Counted from the first letter of the stretch, positions 50,239-60,783 are shown. The stretch is DNA of 64,000 nt from an uncultured delta proteobacterium (GCA_963806715.1 CAWEAV010000080.1:1501-65500), one strand, 5' to 3'. Made by a program: numbers and translations. The notes: generated from the letters alone by a model not told the origin.

Positions 50239-50787
50239 TTAGGACGGAGAAAGAGTGGCCATCCGTTTTTCGTAATCCGACTTGACCTGCTCATAGATCT
50301 TTGCATTTTCGATGGCAAGACCACTCTGCATCGCGATGGCAGAAAGAAAATCGATGTCATCCTTTCCAAATCGGCAAGGGACAGAGGTATAGAGACGAAG
50401 GACGCCAATGATCCTCCCCCTTAAAATGATCGGAACAGAAACGATGGAGGCGATTCCTTCCCGGTTTGCTTCAAGAGGGTACTGGACTCTTGGATCGGAG
50501 GTGGCCTCTTCTATGATGACGGGTTCTCCCTTGAGCGTATCCGCAATCGATCGGTCGGCAGAGAGAGGACCTTTTTGAACATACTGTTCGCTCAAACCAT
50601 AGAATGATTTGACCTCCAGCCTCTCGCCCTTCTCATCGAGAAGCATCAGCGTGCACCCCTTCGAACCCGTCATCTCGCACGTGCTTCTCACGACCAGTTG
50701 GAGAACCGTTTTGAGATCGATGGAGGAACTGATCGCTCGCGTAATTTGGATGAATGCTGAATAATAGGTATATTCGCTGTCCTTCAT
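50239..50787 (-). CDS. GAF domain protein
   Basis: 182 aa with a GAF-like pattern (GSKGCTLMLLDEKGERLEV ... VSVPIILRGRIIGVLRLY). It is the last gene of the molybdoenzyme string. Confidence 0.6.
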   Translation of the reverse strand: MKDSEYTYYSAFIQITRAISSSIDLKTVLQLVVRSTCEMTGSKGCTLMLLDEKGERLEVKSFYGLSEQYVQKGPLSADRSIADTLKGEPVIIEEATSDPRVQYPLEANREGIASIVSVPIILRGRIIGVLRLYTSVPCRFGKDDIDFLSAIAMQSGLAIENAKIYEQVKSDYEKRMATLSPS

Positions 50788-50827
50788 TGCGTCACCTCCT
50801 GACCAACATCCGGATTGTAATGATGGA

Positions 50828-51121
50828 TTAACCTAAACTCCTTCTCATCCCTCTCTTGATCAGGTCTTTGAACTCTACAGAAGGCGGGGGGTCTTCTGAC
50901 GGGGTTACAAAAAGGGATAAAAGGATTAGCGCCGCGAATGGAATAGCCCAGATGAAAGCGGCAAAGAAAAAAGCCAAGAGAACCCCGAATAACCCCTTGA
51001 GAAGGATGCCGTATTTAAGGATGATAAACCACGTTCCAATAATGCAGAAGATCGTCCATGCGAGCGTTGAATAATGAACAACTGTTGAAAACCAAGCCTT
51101 GCTAAAAAGTTTCGTCCCCAT
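50828..51121 (-). CDS. Small membrane protein (three predicted helices)
   Basis: 97-aa hydrophobic ORF tightly spaced within the operon. Confidence 0.45.
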   Translation of the reverse strand: MGTKLFSKAWFSTVVHYSTLAWTIFCIIGTWFIILKYGILLKGLFGVLLAFFFAAFIWAIPFAALILLSLFVTPSEDPPPSVEFKDLIKRGMRRSLG

Positions 51122-51157
51122 ATTCCCCTCCCTTCATGCCTTAGAGCAAGTTACCCC

Positions 51158-52399
51158 CTATTCCAACGAGCGGTAAATGGAATGCTTGATCATGAGAACC
51201 TTCTCCTCTGCCTTAGCCATCAATCCCTGGGCATAGCCAAAATTATGAACCCCCTTGCTCTTATCTTCGTCGACCACCTTTACAAATTCATTCACCTCTT
51301 TCGTCAAGGCCTCGACTTTTTTCCTTGACTCAGGAGTCAGTTTTTTCTCAACCCCTAATGCCTCAAGAGAGCCTTTCAACCTCTTCATTCGATCAGAGAC
51401 TTCCTGCTGCCATTCATCCGTCATTTTCCCGTATGCACTGTCATGGCACTGAACGCAAGCTTTCTTAACCTCCGTAAGAGAATGGCCCTGGGAAATCGTA
51501 GCATGGCATTCAGTGCACTTTACTTCGCGGGCCATGACGTCCGGCTGAGGCTCCTTCTCACCGAAGGCTTCTCCCCCGATGAAAAGCATTTGAGACTCAT
51601 GGCAATCGGTGCATTTCGCTTTGGGCTGGTGGTGACAGCTCAGGCACTCCATCCTGGTCTTATTGATTTTTCCATGCTCCTTGCCGGAAACGTGACAGAC
51701 ATTACAGTTCAGCAATCGCGGGATATGTTTCTGGTGAGGGAAAGAGATCCCGTAAATCATAATCTTCGCATTCTCAAATCCTCTGTGGCATTTGCTGCAC
51801 TCCGAATGGGAGACCTCGGTTGTCTCCGGCAGTGGAATCGCCCCTTTCGGGTGGCATTTGGAGCAGGAGGTCTTATCCCTGCGATGGCATTCGAAGCAGG
51901 CCTCTTTGGGCGGTCGGAAGGTGGGCGGGTCGTGGGGATCATGGTAAATATTGTAGTGGCAGGAGGTGCAGGCGTTTTTCAGTCTTTGGATATGGAACCG
52001 GTGCGGAATGGAGACATTGTAAGGGTTGATTTTAGGGGAGGCTCTCTCCATATCAAAGACACGTTGATGGCAGCGGATGCAGTTTGGATTGATCTGGTCA
52101 AGTTTGGCAGAAAAACCCGCATGCTCGCCTCCGCTTTCGAGGGGGAAGATGTTGATGCTTGGAACCAGGGCATGACCGGTCGCATGACACTCAGAGCAGT
52201 TGATCTTGGGATGGAGCGTTGACTGCTCCCAAAAAGGGGCCTCCTGCTGCCGGTAGTGGCAGGTGAGGCAGAATTCCTTCTTGGTCGTCGTATAGGTGGG
52301 CAAGGTAATCGCGGCATTAAAGCCGAAAATCATCAAAACGCCGCCCAATGTCCAGGCCCAGAAAGGAAGACGAGGGATTTTTAAATTGAACCGATTCAA
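51158..52399 (-). CDS. Membrane-anchored multihaem cytochrome c (12 CxxCH motifs)
   Basis: - It has an N-terminal transmembrane helix.
- CxxCH motifs counted in the translation: CLTCH, CSECH, CIRCH, CTSCH, CFECH, CSKCH, CSKCH, CNVCH, CLSCH, CTDCH, CTECH, CVQCH. Confidence 0.85.
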   Translation of the reverse strand: MNRFNLKIPRLPFWAWTLGGVLMIFGFNAAITLPTYTTTKKEFCLTCHYRQQEAPFWEQSTLHPKINCSECHATGHALVPSINIFPLESGGEHAGFSAKLDQINPNCIRCHQRVFDMERASPKINPYNVSIPHRFHIQRLKNACTSCHYNIYHDPHDPPTFRPPKEACFECHRRDKTSCSKCHPKGAIPLPETTEVSHSECSKCHRGFENAKIMIYGISFPHQKHIPRLLNCNVCHVSGKEHGKINKTRMECLSCHHQPKAKCTDCHESQMLFIGGEAFGEKEPQPDVMAREVKCTECHATISQGHSLTEVKKACVQCHDSAYGKMTDEWQQEVSDRMKRLKGSLEALGVEKKLTPESRKKVEALTKEVNEFVKVVDEDKSKGVHNFGYAQGLMAKAEEKVLMIKHSIYRSLE

Positions 52400-52411
52400 C
52401 CGCTCCCTCCG

Positions 52412-53200
52412 TTACTCATTCTTCAGCAGTCCGGGAATTCCGATTTTCCCGATGGCGTGGATGCTGTTGGAGATCTCAAGGGGAATGGGAATGATGGTGC
52501 TGTTCTTTTCACCCGCAATTTCTGTGAGCGTCTGTAAATAACGCAGTTGAATTGCGACGGGCTCAATGGAGATGATCCTGGCAGCCTGCCGCAGCGTCTC
52601 TGCGGCCTGATATTCTCCCTGGGCATGGATGACTTTTGCCCGTTTTTCCCTCTCTGCTTCTGCTTGCTTCGCCATGGCCCGCTGCATCGGATCGGGCAGT
52701 TGAACATCCTTCACTTCCACCACGCTCACCATCACTCCCCAGGGTTCCGTGTGCTGATCGATGATCTCTCTGAGCCGTTTGTTGATCTTATCGCGCTCGA
52801 AGAGGAGCTCATCAAGGTCCGATTGCCCCAGGACGCTCCTGAGAGTGGTGAGGGCGATCTGCGTGGTCGCCTTGATATAATCGGCCACCTGGAGAATGGC
52901 CTTTACAGGGTCGACGACCATAAAGTAGACAACGGCATCGACCTTGATGGTTACGTTATCTTTGGTGATGACGACCTGGGGCTCCACCACCATGGTGACG
53001 ACCCGGAGCTCGACCTTCACCATCCGATCGACGATGGGAATGATCAGATTGAAGCCGGGATTTCTCGTCCTGATGAGCCGGCCAAAACGGAGGACCACGC
53101 CTCGTTCATATTGCCTGACGATCTTGATGGAGAGGCTGAGAAAGATGAGGCCAAAGAGCCCCAGGATGATGATGAGTGAGATCCACCGGATGGTTTCCAT
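52412..53200 (-). CDS. SPFH/Band 7 (stomatin-like) membrane protein
   Basis: It has an N-terminal transmembrane helix and the pattern [15 protein letters not shown]...[18 protein letters not shown]. Confidence 0.85.
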   Translation of the reverse strand: METIRWISLIIILGLFGLIFLSLSIKIVRQYERGVVLRFGRLIRTRNPGFNLIIPIVDRMVKVELRVVTMVVEPQVVITKDNVTIKVDAVVYFMVVDPVKAILQVADYIKATTQIALTTLRSVLGQSDLDELLFERDKINKRLREIIDQHTEPWGVMVSVVEVKDVQLPDPMQRAMAKQAEAEREKRAKVIHAQGEYQAAETLRQAARIISIEPVAIQLRYLQTLTEIAGEKNSTIIPIPLEISNSIHAIGKIGIPGLLKNE

Positions 53201-53289
53201 TAATCTATTTCCTCCTTGACCCGAGATTTAAGTCCTCTAAATCCTCCCGCCGTCCCATGGGCCGTTCGGAGAAAAAGGAGACAGGGGAT

Positions 53290-55513
53290 TTAGACCTTTT
53301 CTACTTTGATCACCGTATCCATCCATCCCTGTCCCTCTCCGAACGGATCCTGTTGGATTGGGATGATGGGGTTTGGATGCACACCTGTCCCGTTTTTCCC
53401 CCACCAGAGAAGAGGGGTTTCCGGGTCCTGGCTTTGAAACGGTTTGCCCTGCGGGATTCGACCATAATTCCAGCGCCCCACGTTGTCGGAAAGGGCTACA
53501 ACACGGGGATGAATGCCCTGGGTAATGAAGATCGGGGTCACCAGGGAACCCAGAGGAGAGGTGATTCTGACTCGATCGCCATTGCTCAAGCTCATCCTTT
53601 GAGCGCTTTCCTCGTTGATCCAGAGGGGGTTTCTGTGGACGATCTCCGTGAGCCACTTACAATTGGCTGTTTGAGAGTAGGAGTGGACATTCCACTGAAA
53701 TGTGACGAGATGAAATTGGCCAGCCTCCAAACGCTGATGGTGCGAAATCGGGGAATAGGTGGGGAGGGAGGGCTCAAACTGAAACTTTCCGGAGGGGGTT
53801 CTCAATTTCTTCTGTTTATAGGAGTTGTATAGAAGGTTCGCCTCCCGGTCAATCCAGATTCCTTTCTCCATCAAAAAATCGACTCCCCCGGCATCGACCA
53901 GCCCGGGAATCTTGCGAATCATCGCTTCAATGTAATGTTCCGTCTTTCCAAACCTGAAGTAGCGTTCTATCCCGCCGCCGATCCGGTCTGCCAGCTCGAT
54001 CAGGATGTCCGGAAAAGATAGGGATTTCCCCAAAGGTTTGACGATCGGTTGTCTCAAGGCGATGAAAGGGACCCGTTCCATGGGAGGGGGTGAAAGCAGG
54101 TCCCATCGTTCGAGGTAGGTCGCCTCTGGCAGTACAAGGTCCGCGTAGATGTTGCTCTCATTAAGGAATGGATCGATCGAGACATGGAAAGGAATTCGCC
54201 TTTCATCGAGGAGAACACTGGAAACAAGTTTTGAGTCCGGTCCCTTGTAAACAGGATTATCCATATGGGTCATCAGAACCCCTAACTGCTGCATCCCCCG
54301 ATTCACACGAAGAAAAAGGTTCTGGGATTCCGGGTACATTCGCTGCGGTTTTGGGGGTTTCGGGTCCGGGGGGTCAAGGGTGTAACCTTCCGGAAAGCAG
54401 TAACCGCCCTTGGCGTCCAGATTTCCCACCAGGGCATTGAGAAGGAGGATGCTCTTTTGATTTGACGTTCCATTGACGTGCTTCAGGGCACCTCCTCCTG
54501 CAATGGCCAGGCCTGGCTTCGAGGCGGCAAACTCTACCGCGATGCGTTCGATATCCGAAGCCCTGACACCGGTGATGCTTTCTGCTTTTTTAGGGGTGTA
54601 AGGGGCGAGGTGCCGCAAGAGCCGAAGAGGAGAGGTATCGGTCCACCGCTCAATGAAGTCCTTATCCCAGAGGCCCTCATTGGCAATGACGTGGGCCATT
54701 GAAAGGACCACCATTCCGTCGGTCCCGGGGATGATCGAAAACCACTCATCACTCTTTCCAGCGGTCTGGGAGATCCTCACATCGAACGTAACGAGTTTCG
54801 CACCCAGATTGATCCTGGCATCAATCAGCCTCTGGATGAAAGGCAAATAGAGGAAATGGCTTTCGTAGGGGTTACCCCCAAAATTGAGGATATATCGGGC
54901 ATGGGCGATATCGCCCATGCCCATCTCATAGCCTGTGATGGCCCGAAGCGCAGAAGATCCGTTGGGCGATTCCAAGAGCGCGTGATGAAAAGTGGTGGGA
55001 CCTCCGAAGGCCGAGGCGAATCTTCCCGCGAGGTCATTGCTCGATAGGTCCCACGTATTTCGAAGGATAAAATTTTGATGTTGTCCTTCTGCCTGGAGGG
55101 CCTGGAGCCGAAGAGCCACTTCCTTCAGGGCCTCATCCCAGGGGACCTGCTTCCAGCGACCCTCGCCCCTCTTCCCGACTCGCCTCAAAGGATAAGGGAT
55201 TCGGTCAGGGTTGTAGAGGTGGTTGATCCCCGCAATCCCTTTTGCGCAGAGCCTTCCACGGCTGTTCGGGTCAAGGGGGTTTCCTCCGATCTTTTCAAGC
55301 TTTCCATATTCCAGATATCCCAATATCCCACAGCCGGCAGGACACATCATACAGGCACTGGGGACCGATTTCCGAATCCTTCCTGTGGTTCGGGAAACGC
55401 TCTTTCCCTTTTCCAAAGCAGATGGGTTTCCCCTCTAAGGGAACCCCTGCGGCCAGAAGCGCTATCCCTCCGGCCCCCCATTTGATAAAGTCTCTTCTGC
55501 TAATTCGAGACAT
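53290..55513 (-). pseudogene. Tat-exported molybdopterin oxidoreductase catalytic subunit (Psr/Phs/Ttr-type), one frame interruption near the N-terminus
   Basis: - The Tat motif MSRISRRDFIKWGAGGIALLAAG (start 55513) is in one frame.
- The body, from about 55400 in another frame, has the 4Fe-4S motif CMMCPAGCG...C and a 708-aa molybdopterin fold.
- The junction lies in the A/G-rich run near 55395-55416. Confidence 0.85.
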
Positions 55514-55523
55514 CGATCCTCCT

Positions 55524-56423
55524 TCAACTCAAGGGAAGGCTCAACCCTCCAATGACCATGATGCAGCGCATGGCAAAAATCCCGATCATTACCATAACAG
55601 AAGCCAGGGCAAAGGCGGGAATCGAACGTTTTGTAAAAGGAAAAAGGAGAAGGAAAAGGGGAAGGATCGATCCTAAACCAACCTCGATTCCCAAGAAAAG
55701 GAAACTGAATTGTCCATTGAGAAGCATATGGGCGGCCTGATAGGCCTCTGTCGTGGAGGTCAGGAGAACCGTGAGATCGATCCCGATGAGAAGGAGGTCT
55801 AAGATGATGCTCGCCACCAAAAAGTTTCCCAAGGCATAGATGAGGGGTCGATCCGGCTCCTTTTTTCGTCGAAGAACAAAATCCTTCGTGATCACGACGA
55901 GGATCATTAAGGCAAGCCCGGAAACCATTGCCGAGACAAGAAAAATCGGAGGCATAATGGCTGTGTTCCATAACACCCGGGCTTTTCCGAGGGCGAGGAT
56001 AAACCCTGTATATCCATGAACCATGAGTGCCAGAGGAATGCCGATCAGGCCAAAGGTCTTGGTCCTCTTAAGATCACCTTTAAACATGAAGTATCCATAG
56101 ACCATACAATTCATGGGATACAGAGACAGGAGAAAAGTTCCCCAGGTGATCGGAGAAGTGATCCTGAGATAGAGGATGAGGTGCCAGAACCTCAACGGCT
56201 GCTCCAGGTCGATAAGGAGGATCACGGGCGCGATCATTAAAAGAAGGGTGGCCATCACCACCCCGATCTTCCCTAAGGGTTTAAACCGGACCATTCCAAA
56301 TCCGTAGGCCATCGTCGAGATGATAAAGGAGCCTGCGCTCAGACCAGTCAGATAGAAGTAGGTTGCGATGGGGATGCCGAGGGGCATCTCATGCTCAACG
56401 TTATAGATGATGTTTACGTCCAT
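55524..56423 (-). CDS. NrfD/PsrC-type polytopic membrane quinol-interacting subunit
   Basis: 299-aa membrane ORF with about eight helices, located between the FeS and Mo subunits. It overlaps the FeS gene by 10 nt. Confidence 0.8.
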   Translation of the reverse strand: MDVNIIYNVEHEMPLGIPIATYFYLTGLSAGSFIISTMAYGFGMVRFKPLGKIGVVMATLLLMIAPVILLIDLEQPLRFWHLILYLRITSPITWGTFLLSLYPMNCMVYGYFMFKGDLKRTKTFGLIGIPLALMVHGYTGFILALGKARVLWNTAIMPPIFLVSAMVSGLALMILVVITKDFVLRRKKEPDRPLIYALGNFLVASIILDLLLIGIDLTVLLTSTTEAYQAAHMLLNGQFSFLFLGIEVGLGSILPLFLLLFPFTKRSIPAFALASVMVMIGIFAMRCIMVIGGLSLPLS

Positions 56424-57028
56424 TCCTTCCTCCCGGCAAAAGGGTCCATCGCATCCAGATCCGCTGCGATATAGTAAACCTTTGGATAGGTGCCCATCTC
56501 AGGTTTGAGTAACTGGAAGGGGTGCTTGGATATCAGTTTGGTGATCTCATCATCGGGGTTGTTTAAATCCCCGAAAATTCTCGCCCTGGCGGGACAGACC
56601 TCAACACAGGCTGGCTCCAGGCCTGCATAGACCCGGTGATGGCAAAAGTAACACTTTTGAACGATGGGGATCAGGGGGTTAATGTATCTCGCATTGTACG
56701 GGCAAGAGGCGAGACAGTATTTACAGCCGATGCACCGATGTTCATCGATGATGACGATTCCATCTTCCCGTTTCCAGGTTGCCTGGACCGGGCAATTGAT
56801 GACACAGGGAGGGTGGTCGCATTGATTGCAGAGGGTGGGGAGGAAGTGGCGCGTCGTGTTTGGATATCTCCCCTTTTCTATGATCTTCACCCATGAGCGA
56901 AATACCCCCAAAGGAACACGGTTTTCTGCTTTACAGGCCACCGAACAGCTGTGGCAACCGATGCAGCGTCGAAGATCGATGGCCATCGCATACCTTTTCT
57001 TGTCCTTTGCGTTCCCCATCTTCGCCAT
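56414..57028 (-). CDS. 4x[4Fe-4S] ferredoxin-type subunit (PsrB/DmsB/TtrB-like)
   Basis: Cys groups: CIGCHSCSVAC, CNQCDHPPC, CIGCKYCLASCP and CHHRV...PACVEVCP. Confidence 0.85.
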   Translation of the reverse strand: MAKMGNAKDKKRYAMAIDLRRCIGCHSCSVACKAENRVPLGVFRSWVKIIEKGRYPNTTRHFLPTLCNQCDHPPCVINCPVQATWKREDGIVIIDEHRCIGCKYCLASCPYNARYINPLIPIVQKCYFCHHRVYAGLEPACVEVCPARARIFGDLNNPDDEITKLISKHPFQLLKPEMGTYPKVYYIAADLDAMDPFAGRKEWT

Positions 57029-57202
57029 TGGAAGGCACTCTATTCTTAAAATGAAGTCTTGTCTATCGGTGAATTCATCTATTTTTCAGAAGAAACTCCT
57101 CTATTTTTGAGGGGATATTTACCTAAAGAATAGAGCGACAGTGACAGTGTCAGTGTCGGTGATTTGTGTAAGCAAACTTTGCGTGAGGGTTCCCAATGAT
57201 CT

Positions 57203-57287
57203 CCTCTCCCCGGCAGGGGGGAGGAAAAGGGTGAGGGGAAAACCGATAGCACCCTCACCCCCGCCCTCTCCCACAAGCGGGAGAGGG
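57203..57287. repeat. GC-rich hairpins of the CCCTCACCC family (three stem-loops)
   Basis: CCTCTCCCC / GGGGGGAGG (57203-57224), GGGTGAGGG / CCCTCACCC (57229-57260) and CCCTCTCCC / GGGAGAGGG (57264-57287). Confidence 0.55.
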
Positions 57288-57404
57288 AGAATCACTTTCA
57301 TGGTTCGAGGGTGATGCTCCGTCAGAAATGTGGAATTTTAGTGTGTTGGTCTCAGCAGGTTTGGCAGTTTATACGAGGTTTCCCGGTTTTATGTGGAGTC
57401 GGTT

Positions 57405-58058
57405 TCAAAGTTTGGTGAGTCCCGTCCGGATTGCATATTTAACGAGCCCTACCTTATCATGGATATTCAATTTCTCCATGATATGGGCTTTGTGGGCTTC
57501 TACGGTCTTTTTGCTGATGCAGAGGTGGGAGGCAATCTGAGGGACGGAATTCCCTTCAGCGATCAATTGTAAAATCTCTCTCTCCCGGGTGGAAAGGAGA
57601 TCATCCATGCAAGCTTTCTCTCCCTGTTCCGCCCGCCGGATATATTCCTCGATCACTTTCTTTGAAATGGAGGGGCTGAGATAGGAATCTCCCTGAGAGA
57701 TCGCGCGAATGGCTGAAACGAGATCGGTCATGGCTGAATCCTTGATGAGGTAACCCGAAGCTCCTGCCTTGAGGATCTGAAAGATAATCTCCTCGTTGTC
57801 ATACATGGTGAGAACTAACACTTTCATTGAGGGAAAGAGTCTTTTAATCGTGCGGGTGGCATCCAATCCATTCAAATTCCGCATTGCAATATCCATCAAG
57901 ACCACGTCCGGAACCATTTTTTTTGCTATTTCCGTGGCCTCCAGACCGTCTGAGGCCTCCCCAACGACTTCAATGTCTGGTTCGGACCTGAGCAGGGCAG
58001 AGAGGCCCTGCCGAACGATGGTATGATCTTCAGCAATGAGAACCCGTATTTTTTTCAT
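57405..58058 (-). CDS. NarL/LuxR-family response regulator (REC plus HTH)
   Basis: The sequence runs from the ATG at 58058 (MKKIRVLIAEDH). It has a phospho-acceptor context (VVLMDIAM) and the LuxR HTH LSTREREILQLIAEGNSVPQIASHLCISKKTVEAHK. Confidence 0.85.
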   Translation of the reverse strand: MKKIRVLIAEDHTIVRQGLSALLRSEPDIEVVGEASDGLEATEIAKKMVPDVVLMDIAMRNLNGLDATRTIKRLFPSMKVLVLTMYDNEEIIFQILKAGASGYLIKDSAMTDLVSAIRAISQGDSYLSPSISKKVIEEYIRRAEQGEKACMDDLLSTREREILQLIAEGNSVPQIASHLCISKKTVEAHKAHIMEKLNIHDKVGLVKYAIRTGLTKL

Positions 58059-59561
58059 TTGCGCCATTTCTTCTCGGGTAAGGAACCTCGATATAGAGAT
58101 AGGTCCCGGAATCCGGTCTCGATTGAATATCAATCTTCCCCCCAAAAGAGAGATCCTTTCTTGCATCCCGATGATGCCAAAGCCCCTTTCGAGAGACTCC
58201 GGCCGCAGCACTCTGTTCAAATCGAATCCCCTGCCGTTATCCATAATCGAGACCGTAATAATGGGGTCCTTCCATTCAAGGGAGATGTCAACGCGACTGG
58301 CCCCGGCATGTTTGGCAACATTGTTCAAGGCCTCCTGGATGATGCGGTAAAAAGCCGTTTCAATCTGCGAAGGAAGCTTCTCCTCGAACCCAACCGCCTG
58401 GAAATTAGAGTAGATATCCAATCGATTTGAAAAATTCTGGATATACCATCTCAACGTCGGGATCAGGCCCACATCATCGAGCAGGGTAGGCCGAAGATCC
58501 ATCGAGAGCTGGCGCATCGCTGTGAGGGTCTGATTGGATAGGGATTTAGCTTCCCTCAATCGTTCTCGGACGATGGGGAAAGTGGAGGGAAGGTCTCTAT
58601 CCATCATATCCAGATCGAATTTAATGGCCGTCAGGGCCTGGCCAATCTCGTCATGAAGTTCCCGTGAGATTCGCTTCCTCTCATTTTCTTGGGCTTCAAT
58701 GATTTGGGAAAGATATTTTCGCTCCAGCCTCATCTTTTCCATGAGCGTTTTTGCCATCTGGTTGAACGAGTCTGCCAGCCTCTTGATCTCGTCGTCGCTC
58801 TTGATGCGAATGGTTCTCTCGAAATCCCCTCGACCGAAAAAGGAGGCTGCTTCGACGAAGTATTGGATTCTTTTAACCACCAATTGGTCCAGGGCGATGC
58901 CGATGGCCAAGGTAGAAATCCCAATGATGAAGAATAGGAGTAAGATATTTTCTTTCAACTCTGCCTGGAGTTGAGCCTCGATATTATTCAGAGTGAAATC
59001 TGTAACAAGAACCCCCGTAATCTTTTCTCCGGGAGGGTGGCACGAATAACATTCCTGATGATTCAAGATGGGGTTGACGTTTCGAAAGATCTTCTCCCCT
59101 GAGAGGGAAGAGTAAATGACAGTCTTATTAAGGGCCTCCGTGGTTCGGTGATGACAGGTCTGACAGGTGGGATCATGGATGTCTATGATTTTTCCCACTT
59201 CTTTTTCGTCGATGGAGATCATGATCCGCCCAGTCCGGTTCAGGATAAAGATATTCTTGACATCGGGGTACTGACGGACCACCTCCAGAATATACTTCAT
59301 CTCGCCTTTATTCTTGGATAACATCGAACTTTTTAAAACATCGTTGACCATCTGTGTAAGGTGGGGACTGATGTTCTCCTGAAGGTTACGGATCAACTTT
59401 TCTCGATGCTGAACATATTGGATGGTGAAGAGAATGCTCATCGTGAATGAGAGCAGCCCAACCAGACCGATGCTGATCTTAAAGCGCAGGCTCTTATAAA
59501 ACTTTGTATGTCCCATCGACCCTTCATCTGAATCCAAGCCCTGCGTTTGGAGCAACCGCAA
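58030..59561 (-). pseudogene. NarX-like (HisKA_3) sensor histidine kinase with a dihaem-c-type periplasmic domain. The frame is interrupted near its 3' end, producing a spurious fusion to the response regulator.
   Basis: - It has two transmembrane helices, a HAMP domain, the H-box ELHDEIGQALTAIK and an ATPase domain.
- The canonical kinase C-terminus IDIQSRPDSGTYLYIEVPY...stop (stop at 58030-58032) is readable only in a different frame, downstream of the C6 run at 58138-58143.
- CxxCH motifs lie at 59151-59165 and 59037-59051. Confidence 0.8.
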
Positions 59562-59781
59562 AGGCTTGCGCCCTGGTATCCCCCATAAAGGAGTTTAAAA
59601 TTTGAGGAATCACTCGGACGGATTTCAAATACAACCATTAATATCAAAAATGTATCTTTTGTCAATCACAAAAATGGCTTGTGAAAATTATCTCTTTATG
59701 TCGAACTCAATTTAGTCATAAGAAACATCAAGGTTTTGGCTGTGTCCATGGTTGACTCGTGCGTCGGATAGTCGTCCCTTT

Positions 59782-60651
59782 TCAGGAGTGATTCAGTCCC
59801 CCCTGCCCCTCAGTTGTCTTGTTGAACGCCTTCTTTCGAAGCTCCAAAATTTCTTGCTCGGATGGGATGATATCCTCTGCTTTGAAGCAGCAAAGCCTTT
59901 GGATTACCTGTCGAAAACCTGAGCCAGAAACAGGCCGATGAGAGGGAATGTCTTTTTCGAAGAAGGGAGCAAGATAGGGTTCAAGTTGTTTTACTGCTCC
60001 CTCTTTTTCTGTGGGAAGCCTTGAGGGATAACTTTTCAGAGCTTTCCTAAGGTCCTGCAACTTCGCTCTCTTGGTCCACTTGTTGGCCAGACCCAGGTAT
60101 ACAGACTCGGCCCCTTTCATTTCATACCCGGTTAGTCCCAGATATTCGGGATATCCCTTGGGACATTTGGAAAACATCCAGCCCGTGGCACCCACATCGG
60201 GAAAAAAACCGATCCTCGTTTCTGGCATGGCCATCACGGTTTGTTTTGTGGCAACAACAATGTCGGCACCCGCAGACAGGCCAACACCTCCACCCATGGT
60301 AACGCCATCGGCAATCACAATTACCGGTTTGGGGAACTGATGGATGTAAAGGTCCAGGGCATATTCTTCTTGAAAGAACTGATCTGCACGCCCCAAGACC
60401 CTCTCCTTCACGGCCTCTGATAGTATCTTGACATCACCTCCTGAACAGAACCCTCTACTGCCTGCTCCAAGGAAAAGGACAAACTGGAATCGATCCTCCG
60501 TCCGGACCTCGTCCAGAGCGTAACGGATTAATCGAACCATCTCTGTTGTGAGCGCGTTGATCTCATGGGGTCGATTGAGGATAATCGCCATCATGCGGGG
60601 ATAACGCTTTACAAGAACCACAGGTTCTGGCTCATTCCTCAGGTTTACCAT
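59782..60651 (-). CDS. Enoyl-CoA hydratase/isomerase superfamily protein (3-hydroxyisobutyryl-CoA hydrolase-like)
   Basis: It has the crotonase fold pattern GAGSRGFCSGGDV...IADGVTMGGGVGLS...MPETRIGFFPDVG. Confidence 0.75.
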   Translation of the reverse strand: MVNLRNEPEPVVLVKRYPRMMAIILNRPHEINALTTEMVRLIRYALDEVRTEDRFQFVLFLGAGSRGFCSGGDVKILSEAVKERVLGRADQFFQEEYALDLYIHQFPKPVIVIADGVTMGGGVGLSAGADIVVATKQTVMAMPETRIGFFPDVGATGWMFSKCPKGYPEYLGLTGYEMKGAESVYLGLANKWTKRAKLQDLRKALKSYPSRLPTEKEGAVKQLEPYLAPFFEKDIPSHRPVSGSGFRQVIQRLCCFKAEDIIPSEQEILELRKKAFNKTTEGQGGLNHS

Positions 60652-60783
60652 CGCATTGTGCCGCCGCTTGAAGGGTTACTCTCAAAAGTATTATACCAGA
60701 TCCTGTTTCAGGCGTAAGGGTGTTTTCATCCCCAGCAATTGTTTCCTTGACAACTAAATTCATACATGATAAGAAGTTAAGAC

